A stretch of DNA of 62,220 bases from Candidatus Blackburnbacteria bacterium RIFCSPLOWO2_01_FULL_40_20 (lineage in GTDB: Bacteria > Patescibacteriota > Microgenomatia > UBA8517 > UBA10165), in the NCBI GenBank assembly GCA_001816475.1, contig MHCC01000013.1, positions 1 through 62,220 on the forward strand. Direction: 5' to 3'. Below the pieces are notes generated by a model. It had not been told where the DNA came from and ran no database searches. It was given only the letters and a program-made list of their open reading frames with translations. Position numbers and translations under genes: made by a program. Every line of letters begins with the position of its first letter. The first letter of the stretch is position 1. Below, one piece after another: positions 53,107 to 62,220 of the stretch.

Positions 53107-55784
53107 AACTTTTTACCTCTTGTGTATAAAAAAATTATTATCAAACTCAATATGGAAAGTGCAGAAAAATATATTCCCCAGCGAACTTGATCTTGCCCCT
53201 TAAACACAATTCCGAGATTGTCCATCTGCTTTGGGATGTAAAACCCATTCACCATCGAATAGAAAGGTAAAGAACTTATGCTTTCACTCCCCTTAATAAG
53301 TTTCCAGTTACCATTAAAACTGTCAGTAAAAATTATCCACGGATACCCACTAATACTTGAAACTTTATACTTTGTTGGGGAAATCATCTTGTGGTCCACT
53401 GCAGTCCACTTACCATTAAAAACAAGTTCGGATAATTCTTTGCGTTTTTCAGAACCATCAATAACCACTTTATTAAACTTTGTAATTAATTCGCGGACAT
53501 CCGACGAAACTTTATTCCACTCTCCTAGAGGTACTAAACCTGCAGTATTAAAAACGTGAATCCCATCAATGTTTTGTAAAACTAACTCATGGTTTCCTTT
53601 TTTCAGATTAATAGGACCCTTTGTATACCATTCAAATCTGCCAGCTCTCGCATATGGTATATTCACAGATTCTTTGTTAAACGAAAGCTTGAGGAGAGAT
53701 TGTAATTCTCTTGACATACTACGAATTGCCAACATATATTGTCCATTTGTTGGCGCATTCACCATCATCGTAGTCTTTTCGTTTGGCACAGTGGAAAACT
53801 GAATGCTTTTACCGTAATCAAATTCGTGGGTATCTATGCCCTTTTGCAATAGTTCATACTTCCAAGATAAGTAATCGCTCGATTCCCTTTTAGCCCATTG
53901 TGTTGTCAAGACGTCCTTTAAAGAAGTGAAATATTTTTGCAAAAAACTTAAAAGAAAGTCATTTTCGTCAGACTTATTAAAAACCAAGGTTGCCGACTCA
54001 GACGCGACAATATCCAGAAACCGAGGATCCGTCTTCCCATCATCCAGGAACAAAAGCCCTTGAGCAACAATCTGTTTACTTCCAACTTCCGAATAAACAT
54101 CTTCACCTCCGAGTACTAAAAGAAGTTTGTTTGTTGCAAAGATCTTCGGCCTAACTTCACTGACTTCATAAATTGGAAAATTTGTGCCCCACTGGACTTT
54201 CTCCACTCCAGGCGTTTCTTTTATCAAGCCTTGAACATATTCTAATTCCTTTTTGTCATCCGTTAAATCAATTTCCCTTGGATCACCTGATAAAACCAAA
54301 TATTTTATCCCAAGCAATCTAAAATAGTCAGTCCAATCGTCTTTTGTAAAAAAGTTGTACGGATCATTGCCGGTATTTAGAGATGCAAAAGGGCGGTTTT
54401 GTGCTAATGATTTTGCATCCAGTGCGGGTTTATCCTCTGTTTGGAATGAAAATGGACTCTTCTCGGGAAACCAAACAGTCCTGAAAAAACTTTCGTCTTT
54501 TGATAATTTTTGGTAAATATTGTTAAAATCACCACTAGCCTGTTTTCCAGACAATACTCCATTTAACTGTCCAAGCCATACAGGTTTAATAATTATTAGT
54601 AGATAAACAGCTACTCCTAAAACAACTCCCAACTTGTAAAATTTACTCTTGAACAAACCAGATATGTTATTTACACCTAACCCCAAAAGAAGACCGCCAA
54701 GAAGTATTAAAGGAATAAAAAATTTAGTTGAATCCCTGAAACTTACTCCAAAAGGAACACTTGCAACTGCCCACTCATAAATTCCACCCAATGGTTTTGA
54801 ATTTCCTTTGGCCAAAAAGGCAAAAATAAAGAAGCACACGAATGCCACCCAATATTTTCTGTCTATCCTTCTGTAAAGCAATCCGCTTAGGATTAGAACA
54901 GGTATTCCAGCAAAGTAGGGTGGCGGAGAACTTATTTTTCCGAATTGGTTTAATGGCCAGTGGGGCTGGAAAAGTGCAAAAGAATCAAGAAGTGTAGACT
55001 GGGAATTGGAAGATAAAATACCTGGTGCCCCACTGCTGACCGTTAGAAGTGGTATCAGCCAATACGAGCTTATGCCCGCTAATGCCAAACCGAATGGGCC
55101 CAAAATCCAAAGGTTTCTTAATCCTTGCAAACTTTTATTGAGCACCGCAGCCGCAAATACCCAAAGTATCCCTGCAAAAATAGAAATTAAAGCAATCCGG
55201 GCATCTGCCACTTGAAGTACAAAGTAAAACAATAAAGCCAAATAGAAACTGTTTACGGAAGGTTTATTAAACAACTTTAGCAAAAAAGTTAAACTCAGCG
55301 GGAATATTGAGTATGCAAGCGTAACTCCGACTTGCCCACCATCAATCAATAGCAAAAAATATGTGTTTGTAAAATAAAGTAAGCTTGTAAAAAATTGCAC
55401 AATAGTTGGAAGCTTGAGATATCGTGCAAAAATAATAGGTGATATGACTGAAAAAATAAGTGAGGGGAAGTAAAAAAGTAATTTAATTATCGCTCCGTTC
55501 TCGAGATTGAAGAATTTATACAAACTGCCATACAAAAACATTAATGGAGCAAGCCACAACGAAAGCTCAACTCCGCCAAAATTATGATTTCTATTTACCC
55601 ATATTTGCGGTTCTCTAAATAGCTCTTTTAGCCCCTCAGGATAAAAAAATGGTGAATCTCCCCAAACAGCACCACCTTGGATTATAAGAGGTTTAAAAAT
55701 AAATAAAAGAATAATAAGCATACCCCCAAAGAGAACCAGGGATAATTTGTCAACTTGAAAAAGAGAACGCTTGTTAATTTTCAT
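53103..55784 (-). CDS. large YfhO/AftD-like polytopic membrane protein with extracytoplasmic beta-rich domain and C-terminal TM
   Basis: 893 aa. N-terminal ~400 aa polytopic. C-terminal LKKGNHELVL...NGNWKLI...VNGFYIP...terminal TM segment. Confidence 0.5.
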   Translation of the reverse strand: MKINKRSLFQVDKLSLVLFGGMLIILLFIFKPLIIQGGAVWGDSPFFYPEGLKELFREPQIWVNRNHNFGGVELSLWLAPLMFLYGSLYKFFNLENGAIIKLLFYFPSLIFSVISPIIFARYLKLPTIVQFFTSLLYFTNTYFLLLIDGGQVGVTLAYSIFPLSLTFLLKLFNKPSVNSFYLALLFYFVLQVADARIALISIFAGILWVFAAAVLNKSLQGLRNLWILGPFGLALAGISSYWLIPLLTVSSGAPGILSSNSQSTLLDSFALFQPHWPLNQFGKISSPPPYFAGIPVLILSGLLYRRIDRKYWVAFVCFFIFAFLAKGNSKPLGGIYEWAVASVPFGVSFRDSTKFFIPLILLGGLLLGLGVNNISGLFKSKFYKLGVVLGVAVYLLIIIKPVWLGQLNGVLSGKQASGDFNNIYQKLSKDESFFRTVWFPEKSPFSFQTEDKPALDAKSLAQNRPFASLNTGNDPYNFFTKDDWTDYFRLLGIKYLVLSGDPREIDLTDDKKELEYVQGLIKETPGVEKVQWGTNFPIYEVSEVRPKIFATNKLLLVLGGEDVYSEVGSKQIVAQGLLFLDDGKTDPRFLDIVASESATLVFNKSDENDFLLSFLQKYFTSLKDVLTTQWAKRESSDYLSWKYELLQKGIDTHEFDYGKSIQFSTVPNEKTTMMVNAPTNGQYMLAIRSMSRELQSLLKLSFNKESVNIPYARAGRFEWYTKGPINLKKGNHELVLQNIDGIHVFNTAGLVPLGEWNKVSSDVRELITKFNKVVIDGSEKRKELSELVFNGKWTAVDHKMISPTKYKVSSISGYPWIIFTDSFNGNWKLIKGSESISSLPFYSMVNGFYIPKQMDNLGIVFKGQDQVRWGIYFSALSILSLIIIFLYTRGKKL

Positions 55785-55880
55785 AAAATCTCCTATATTA
55801 CATTATACAAAATATTAAGCCTAAAGGCTCGGACGAAAAATTATCAACAAAGAAGTGTATAATTTGACAGCTAGGAGCAT

Positions 55881-57881
55881 ATGCAAACAAAATCTCCGAA
55901 TCCACAGGCTATGGGTCGCAAGTTACCAATCTTAGTTATTATTCTAGCAACATTTGTCGCCTACCTTCCAATTATCGTTAATCCCAAAATTGTTCTTGAA
56001 AGAGGAAACGACCTTGAAGTACAGTTTTTGCCTGTTTTTAATTTTGTTAAACAAAGTTTCTTAGAAAATCACACGTTGCCACTATGGAATACTTTTCTTT
56101 TTTCCGGCATGCCTCTTTTGCCTGATCCACAGTTTGCTATTTTTTATCCTCCACACTTTCTTTTTCTGGTATTTTCAACAAATTTTGCTTTTCTGTTTTT
56201 GATGTTATCTCACATCGCAGTCGGAGGAATTGGCGCATATTTTTTGGCAAAAAAAGTTTTAAACCTGTCGAGCACCACCAGTTTGTTTTCCGGTCTGTTA
56301 TATATTTCGATGCCCATGTTGGCCAATTATATTGAAGCGGGACATTTTGGGTTAGTTGAAACAATAGCGTGGCTTCCATATATCGCCATTGCGAGCTTAA
56401 AAATTGCAAAAAAGCCAGAGTCTAAATGGTCAGTTCTTCTGGCAATGAGTTTGGCAGGAACGTACTTTACTCATACCTTGGTGTTTCTCATATCTATCCT
56501 TTCGTCTTTCCTTTTATTAATGATAGCTCTATTAACGATACAAAAAAAACCGTTTGCAAAAAGCTTGCTGCTTTTGGGAACAAGTTACGTAATTACTTTC
56601 GGCCTTACAGCCATAACTTTATTACCGCAGATAGAATGGTCCTCAATAACAACTCGATTTTTATTACTCAACAGTCCTCAAGTTTTTCCAATTTGGTTTT
56701 CTGTTAAAGAGTTTATTATTACAACGTTATTTCCATCATTTTACAAAGATGGTCTGCAACTTATTCCTACCGAAAAGTGGACTTCTCTTGGCCTAATGAA
56801 CACCTTATTAGCGCTGATCGGTTTTTTCTTTCTTTCTAATAAACTTAAATTGATTATTGTTGGATTTTCTATTTCAGTTTTAATTATTGTCCTCAACAAC
56901 GCATCGCCGTTTTACATCATGCTTTTATCTTTAAGCTTGTTTGATTTAATGAGAGTGTCTACAAGAATTTGGTTTTTACCAACACTTATTGTAGTTTTTC
57001 TTGCTTCAATGGGACTTGATGCTTTAGCAAGAAAAAAAATTAACAGAAAATTCATTGTTTTTATTTCACTGCTTGCCTTGAGTGAGTTTACATTTCTTTC
57101 CTGGAGTCGTCTGTATAAACCGATTACGGCACAAGAAAAAAATGTTCCAGGCGCGCTCTATGAGTTCTTAAAAAGCGATAGCGGTAAATTTCGGGTATTT
57201 TGCCTGGACAGGTGCTTATCTCCCAAAAAAGTTGCAGAGGAAAAAATAGAAACAATTGAGGGTTACAATACTTTACAGCAAACTAACTATTTCAAGGAAT
57301 CGTGGCAATTAATGGGAGGCTATTGGAATTATTACACTTTAGCCGTTCCTCCAATCGGTTTTGAAAACTTTCAAAAGCTCACACCAGATCCAAAAACTTT
57401 AGGCGAGTTTAATGTTAAGTACGTAATTTCACCTTACCAATTAGAAAATAAAGATTATACCTTTGTTAGCAAGTTTGATAACTACAACGTGTACTTAAAT
57501 AATTTCTTAAAACCCAGAGCCTATTTTGCACTTGACGAACAAAAAGCTGGCACTGAGGCTCCAGTTATAAAGTACACTCCCAACCAAGTCACAGTTGATA
57601 CTACCAAGGGTGAGTCATCTCGTTTGGTACTCTCAGAAGTTTGGAGTCCAGGGTGGGAAGCATTCATTAACGGAAATGAAAAAGTGAATGTCCAAGAAAT
57701 GCCAAACACGTTACGACTTGTTGATTTGCCTGCCAATACAAATTTTGTTGATTTTAAATACTCTCCATCAGGATTTAACGAAGGTAAGACAATAACTATT
57801 GCAACATTATTTTTATTATTGATCTGGGGAATAAAGTCCAGGTTTCTGAAAAATTATAAACTTAACAACTGGATCATTTAA
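55881..57881 (+). CDS. YfhO-family membrane protein (putative glycan/teichoic-acid-type glycosyltransferase)
   Basis: SD AGGAG at 55873-55877. LPLWNTFLFSGMPLLPDPQFAIFYPP YfhO-type N-terminal motif. C-terminal SPGWEAFINGNE...terminal TM segment. Confidence 0.65.
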   Translation: MQTKSPNPQAMGRKLPILVIILATFVAYLPIIVNPKIVLERGNDLEVQFLPVFNFVKQSFLENHTLPLWNTFLFSGMPLLPDPQFAIFYPPHFLFLVFSTNFAFLFLMLSHIAVGGIGAYFLAKKVLNLSSTTSLFSGLLYISMPMLANYIEAGHFGLVETIAWLPYIAIASLKIAKKPESKWSVLLAMSLAGTYFTHTLVFLISILSSFLLLMIALLTIQKKPFAKSLLLLGTSYVITFGLTAITLLPQIEWSSITTRFLLLNSPQVFPIWFSVKEFIITTLFPSFYKDGLQLIPTEKWTSLGLMNTLLALIGFFFLSNKLKLIIVGFSISVLIIVLNNASPFYIMLLSLSLFDLMRVSTRIWFLPTLIVVFLASMGLDALARKKINRKFIVFISLLALSEFTFLSWSRLYKPITAQEKNVPGALYEFLKSDSGKFRVFCLDRCLSPKKVAEEKIETIEGYNTLQQTNYFKESWQLMGGYWNYYTLAVPPIGFENFQKLTPDPKTLGEFNVKYVISPYQLENKDYTFVSKFDNYNVYLNNFLKPRAYFALDEQKAGTEAPVIKYTPNQVTVDTTKGESSRLVLSEVWSPGWEAFINGNEKVNVQEMPNTLRLVDLPANTNFVDFKYSPSGFNEGKTITIATLFLLLIWGIKSRFLKNYKLNNWII

Positions 57882-59822
57882 TATACACGCGCTTGATATA
57901 TCTAACACTAACTTAACAGACTTTGCTCGTCTTGCTGCAAAGTAAAAACTTGTAATTCCAGGTTTGGTATACTTGGCGGGCAATTGATCGGAGTGTAAAA
58001 ATTCTTTTTCTCGAGTCCAATTACCATCAACCGATGTCCACACTTCACCCATTAATGCATTACATGAGTTTAGCGAGTTATCGTTGATATCTATTCTGCT
58101 TAACAACACTTCGTCTGTCATGGAAGCCAGGATTGTTCTGTTTTCTTTATCAATACTAATTGAGGGTATAAACACTACTTCCTTGTAGTTTCTCATTTCC
58201 GGTTTTGTATGTTCCGAGTCATTTTTCCAAACTTTTGCAATCGATACTCCATCTACTTCAACTTCGTGAACTGGTTCTAAAAATTTATTTATGTATTCCC
58301 AAACATAAAAATAATAATGCATCGATCCTTGGTGCGTCAGCTCCATAATATATTCACCATCTTTGTATATACCACTCCTGTAGACGCCAGCATGATGTTG
58401 AATGTCCTTTCTTAAAAAAACAGGGCTAATGTTTGTATTAACCTTTTGAAGCAGTGCTAATTTTGCACTTTCCTCTGCATTTTGATTCAACCACCAAATA
58501 CCCTGCAAGTATGCATTACCAAAACTGTTTCCCCAATAAGGAATATTTCTCTCGCTTGCGCCTTTGATACCACCAACAAGAAAGTTAAAATATACGTTTT
58601 CGTTCGGGTGAAATCTGACTAAAACAAAAATATGGGGAATAAAAATTGCCAAAACTACGACTGGAATAAATATTTTTCTGTCAACCATCTCTTTCAATTT
58701 GGCAGCCCCAACTCCTGCCAATAGCGCCATCGCTGGAATGTACTCCATAAGTTGTCGTACCCCTCCGTAAGTTCTTGCATGTGGGAGCATGACTCGAATA
58801 ACTGGAACCACTAACCACAAAAGCCATAACAGACAAACCTTATCAGGCCGTCTATCCTTTCGTGTTGAGTAAAAACCCAATATGCAAAGAAATAAAACCC
58901 AAGGAGCAGTTGTAATAATAATCCATACCAAAGGATAAATGTTTATTTCACCTGGTAAAAATATTCCCGCTTCCTCTTGCCCCGACAAACCCCTTTCTAA
59001 GTAAAACCCTACAACTTTAAATAAACCTCCCAAATCCTGCCAAAGATAAGGCCAGGAAATAATAAATATTGACATAATTATCAATGGAGACAAGAGAAAG
59101 ACCAAACGAAAACTCAAGGGTATATTCATAAAACCACTTACTTGCTTCAATGAGAATTTCCATTGGTATCTAACAATAAGATAGGGAACTATTATGAACG
59201 GTAAGAATAAAATGTTAAATTTAGTCCCCAAAGCAGCTGCAAAAGAAAAAACAGACAAAAGAAGCCAATACCATTTGTAATTTTTAAGAGACATCCAAAA
59301 AGCCCAAATAGTTAAACCGAAAAAAGCGGCTTCAGACGGGTCTTTAATATTAAAATGTGATTCAGACCAAAAAAGTGGATAACTTGCAACAGAAATGGAA
59401 GAAACTAAAGAGGCCAAAATTCCATAGGTTTGGTAAGCAAAAATCGCGACTACGAAAACTAGCACGCTTGACGTGATAACACCAAAAAGGTGTAAACTTT
59501 CGACATCACCTAACCAACCAAGCTTTTGATAAAAAATATAATTGCTTAGGGCAGCAAAAATTCCATTTAGCGGTGGGTGTCCTCCATCATTAGCGAGATA
59601 ATATTCTGCATTATATTTATCATCCTGGTAATAACTTCTGCGCGCATTTTTTAAATTGTCATAAGTAGAATTTCCAGTCAAGTAATAATTTAAATATGCC
59701 TGCCCCCTGTAAAAATGATCAGGTTCGTCCCATATAATTCCGTAATGAGAAAGTGTGCTAATTGCTATAAAGAGGAAAATTAGCGCAGGACTTAATACAA
59801 ATAAAAAGTTTTTAATATGCAT
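57816..59822 (-). CDS. GT-C fold glycosyltransferase (PMT/GT39-like)
   Basis: First loop HYGIIWDEPDHFYRGQAY (DE motif); polytopic N-terminal half; ~230-aa soluble C-terminal domain. Confidence 0.7.
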   Translation of the reverse strand: MHIKNFLFVLSPALIFLFIAISTLSHYGIIWDEPDHFYRGQAYLNYYLTGNSTYDNLKNARRSYYQDDKYNAEYYLANDGGHPPLNGIFAALSNYIFYQKLGWLGDVESLHLFGVITSSVLVFVVAIFAYQTYGILASLVSSISVASYPLFWSESHFNIKDPSEAAFFGLTIWAFWMSLKNYKWYWLLLSVFSFAAALGTKFNILFLPFIIVPYLIVRYQWKFSLKQVSGFMNIPLSFRLVFLLSPLIIMSIFIISWPYLWQDLGGLFKVVGFYLERGLSGQEEAGIFLPGEINIYPLVWIIITTAPWVLFLCILGFYSTRKDRRPDKVCLLWLLWLVVPVIRVMLPHARTYGGVRQLMEYIPAMALLAGVGAAKLKEMVDRKIFIPVVVLAIFIPHIFVLVRFHPNENVYFNFLVGGIKGASERNIPYWGNSFGNAYLQGIWWLNQNAEESAKLALLQKVNTNISPVFLRKDIQHHAGVYRSGIYKDGEYIMELTHQGSMHYYFYVWEYINKFLEPVHEVEVDGVSIAKVWKNDSEHTKPEMRNYKEVVFIPSISIDKENRTILASMTDEVLLSRIDINDNSLNSCNALMGEVWTSVDGNWTREKEFLHSDQLPAKYTKPGITSFYFAARRAKSVKLVLDISSACILNDPVVKFIIFQKPGLYSPDQ

Positions 59823-59853
59823 CCCATTATTTTAACTTACGAAGTTAAAATTA

Positions 59854-60246
59854 TTAAGCCTCGGCATTTTTTTTGAAAATTGTTTCTAGTATCAAAAGCA
59901 AAACCCCAACAAACAATGCCTCAAAAGTATACAAAGCAGCCCGTTCTGCCCAAACATCTATTTTAAACACTCTTAAAATTCCAGCAATAAACCAAAAAAC
60001 CAAAGCCACTCCAAATGCTCCTCTATCTCTCATTTCCAATAGAAATATTGCCGACAGAAGAGCAACAATGAAAATAAGATTAATTGAAATAGTCATGTAG
60101 GGTTCAAAGTATCCTGCCGAGCGAAGCAAAATCATCAACATTATCAAAACGTTGAACAGACCAAAACCTATTTGGTGTGCTTTAATCCACTTCCTAGTTT
60201 TTTTCTTGAAATTGATAAGACAATTTGTATCAGTTTCTTTTTTCAT
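59854..60246 (-). CDS. small polytopic membrane protein (hypothetical)
   Basis: ATG at 60246 (MKKETDTN...) is preferred to 60312. 3-4 TM segments. Confidence 0.4.
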   Translation of the reverse strand: MKKETDTNCLINFKKKTRKWIKAHQIGFGLFNVLIMLMILLRSAGYFEPYMTISINLIFIVALLSAIFLLEMRDRGAFGVALVFWFIAGILRVFKIDVWAERAALYTFEALFVGVLLLILETIFKKNAEA

Positions 60247-62220
60247 TCTTCCTTCCAAATATAAACAGAGCGGTAGAGAGCAACATGATCCCCACAGAAA
60301 CTGTAGATCCAATTAAAAACAACCTTTGAGGTTTATAGAAGATTCTAAACTTATAGCTTGATGGAAGATTTTCCATAAACCATCCGTTTGCATACATATC
60401 TGCAGAAAAATGCGATGGAGATACGGGAAGTTGCATGCCATTATCGTCGAAAACGGTAATTTCCCAGTTTGGTGAATAGTTGTCCGCAAAAACTATAAAG
60501 TGAGGACTCTCACCTCCAACAACGCCTCCTTCGTATTTGGTCGGCGAAGAATAATTAGTTGTAACTTCTGGTAAGGGCAACTCACTCCCAACCCCATCGT
60601 TTATAAACAGCATGTCATTGGTAAATATTGCATAGGCTTCTAGCTCATCATATGAAACCTTTGTCCCTAGCGGGTCATATATAAATGGCGAAATAAGCTC
60701 AATGTCCATTTCAGATTCAGTTTTTACAGGCTGATAATAAAAGCTAAAATTGTTCCACTCCGGATAATTTGGAAGAGCTTCGACTTGTACCTTTACAAGT
60801 ATATCTCCTTTCTTTTGCACAATCATGGAAGACGGATTACTTCCAAAAATTTGCTTATACCGAAACTGAACTAGATAATCTCTGAGAGGATCAAAATTAT
60901 TTACTTTAAAAGACGCTGAAATATCTCTGTTGCCATCAGAAGACAAACCTTCAGAATTAAGAATATTCAGATATTTTTCATTCTTATCTCCCAATACGCG
61001 ATAATCACCGTTTCCCCTTTTTATAAACCCTTCCTCACCTTCGAATCCCCCACTTTTTATTAAATTTGGAGAGGAAAGGCGTAACACTAAATTATGATTT
61101 CCCTCTGATAATTCTATCGGTTCAAAAGAAACATAAGAATCATCATTTTGCCTCGGGATAATCAAAATCGGGTTACCATCCAACTCTGCATTAATCCCTA
61201 TCTGAGGATCTAATCCAAAATCTTCGATAGAAAATCTTTCTAGTAATGGCCGATACTTACCAAATTTAGGAACAACGAAACTGTATACTACGTTTGAAAC
61301 GTCTCTTCTAAGTAGCCTATTTGATAACTTAGACTGAGCACTAATAAACCCATTTAACTCCTCAACTTGTGAGTTTTTGGCCTGAATCAGTTGACCACTT
61401 TGGTCAAAAACTCCAGAAAAACTCTTTACGACTGAATCGTTTGGATTAACTAACAACTCATTTCTCTTAAGTGGTCCAAATATTTGCTCCATTGAATCAG
61501 AAATCCCAAACATGAGCTTTGAGGATGTACGTATTTTAGAAATACTTGTGTCAGGAAAAAGGTTTATAAATCTCCACTTTCCAAAAGTAACTGAAGGCAA
61601 ATTATTAAGCTCCGTTGGTAATCCAAGAGTTATACTACCTTGGTCTTTCTTGTCGAATATCATTGAAACATTTAGACGATAGGCAAGAGATTTCATGGAT
61701 TCGAATTCTTTTCTCTTCAAGCTTGAATAAAATTCTTTAGTCAGTTTTGAAAAGTTTGCATCAGGAGTGTTGAGAGGCATAAATACAACTTCCCGATCCG
61801 AAAGAAGTTCTAAAATAGATTCAATGCCACGGTATTTCCATTCAAAATTTTCAATCTCGTCATCGGGGTACCCTATTATCCTCCCCTCACCTTCTTTCAA
61901 CCATTTGCCAGCATCAAAAATATAGTTTGGGAAACTGATAAAAAAACCGTCGTTTCGACTGGGGCGAAAAATCTTACCTGTAATCAACGGATAGGAATAA
62001 ACAAGATTTCCGATTGCTATAACAAGCACAAAAATAGTTAATAAGGGGCGGTATATGTAAATTGGTCCAATCTTCGAGATTTTCTCCTCTAGGCTGTAAA
62101 AGAAAAGAGTAACAAGGCCGGCAATAGACAAACCCACAAGAGGAGTAAAAATATACCATGGACTTCTAAATAAGCTGAAAAAGGGAAAATGGACGCTTAA
62201 CCACCTGAACAAAGCCCCTG
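60230..62220 (-). CDS. YfhO/AftD-like large membrane protein, partial (N-terminus beyond the window end)
   Basis: The frame stays open to the window edge. C-terminal SEGNHNLVL...SPNWEI...ANGWFM...terminal TM segment parallels 53103..55784. Confidence 0.5.
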   Translation of the reverse strand, partial: GALFRWLSVHFPFFSLFRSPWYIFTPLVGLSIAGLVTLFFYSLEEKISKIGPIYIYRPLLTIFVLVIAIGNLVYSYPLITGKIFRPSRNDGFFISFPNYIFDAGKWLKEGEGRIIGYPDDEIENFEWKYRGIESILELLSDREVVFMPLNTPDANFSKLTKEFYSSLKRKEFESMKSLAYRLNVSMIFDKKDQGSITLGLPTELNNLPSVTFGKWRFINLFPDTSISKIRTSSKLMFGISDSMEQIFGPLKRNELLVNPNDSVVKSFSGVFDQSGQLIQAKNSQVEELNGFISAQSKLSNRLLRRDVSNVVYSFVVPKFGKYRPLLERFSIEDFGLDPQIGINAELDGNPILIIPRQNDDSYVSFEPIELSEGNHNLVLRLSSPNLIKSGGFEGEEGFIKRGNGDYRVLGDKNEKYLNILNSEGLSSDGNRDISASFKVNNFDPLRDYLVQFRYKQIFGSNPSSMIVQKKGDILVKVQVEALPNYPEWNNFSFYYQPVKTESEMDIELISPFIYDPLGTKVSYDELEAYAIFTNDMLFINDGVGSELPLPEVTTNYSSPTKYEGGVVGGESPHFIVFADNYSPNWEITVFDDNGMQLPVSPSHFSADMYANGWFMENLPSSYKFRIFYKPQRLFLIGSTVSVGIMLLSTALFIFGRKNEKRN

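Noticed and set aside
1-62220. Mobile elements, prophage, defence systems, rRNA, parS
   Set aside because: No transposase, integrase, recombinase, restriction, Cas or toxin-antitoxin-like translation appears in the ORF track. I noticed no long inverted terminal repeats and no parS-like TGTTNCACGTGAAACA palindrome. Absence is based on reading only, not on a search.

Overview
AT-rich, very compact bacterial window. Same-strand genes mostly overlap by 1-4 nt, and convergent genes abut or overlap. By inference this fits a small-genome Patescibacteria/CPR-type organism using the standard genetic code. All family calls come from reading the supplied translations and the DNA (motif recall); no database search or folding program was available.

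Three blocks:
(i) 1-9.5 kb, mixed accessory genes: the 3' end of a Y-family polymerase, a histidine-phosphatase-like gene, a MaoC dehydratase, an AlkD-like repair protein and a conspicuously GC-rich MFS transporter. Then comes an unannotated 58-aa secreted Pro/Ser/Thr-rich peptide ending ..APSTGMGGVFR directly upstream of a class F-like sortase. A LysM protein, tRNA-Gly(CCC), tRNA-Thr(CGU), tRNA-Val(CAC) and an Ig-like / O-antigen-ligase-like / GT2 trio complete the block.
(ii) 9.5-31 kb, housekeeping: lepB, parB, rpmA, rplU, a rodA-like SEDS gene and ileS. Next is an atypical dcw cluster, mraZ-rsmH-ftsL-ftsI-murA-mraY-ftsW-murG-ftsQ-ftsA-[PAP2 phosphatase on the opposite strand]-ftsZ, with no Mur ligase. 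glyQS and recO follow.
(iii) 31-62 kb, a ~31-kb glycan-assembly supercluster of 25 genes, 24 on the minus strand. It holds a DUF4012-like protein, a priming sugar-phosphate transferase, 6 GT4, 4 GT2(-like), an acetyltransferase, a methyltransferase, a Wzx-like flippase, a Wzy_C-like protein and seven large GT-C/YfhO-like polytopic membrane proteins.

Most interesting non-obvious signals:
- an Ile-rich 21-codon leader peptide with mutually exclusive terminator/antiterminator pairings, ending 15 nt before the ileS start codon (candidate ribosome-mediated attenuation of an aminoacyl-tRNA synthetase);
- the small peptide + hairpin + sortase module;
- a 25-bp palindromic operator-like motif shared by two unrelated promoter regions (610-634 and 4339-4397);
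- a terminator-containing leader in front of the MFS gene;
- an Asp-type (fosfomycin-insensitive type) MurA;
- repeat/hairpin elements inside the dcw and glycan operons.

No CRISPR array, rRNA, transposase or integrase was seen.
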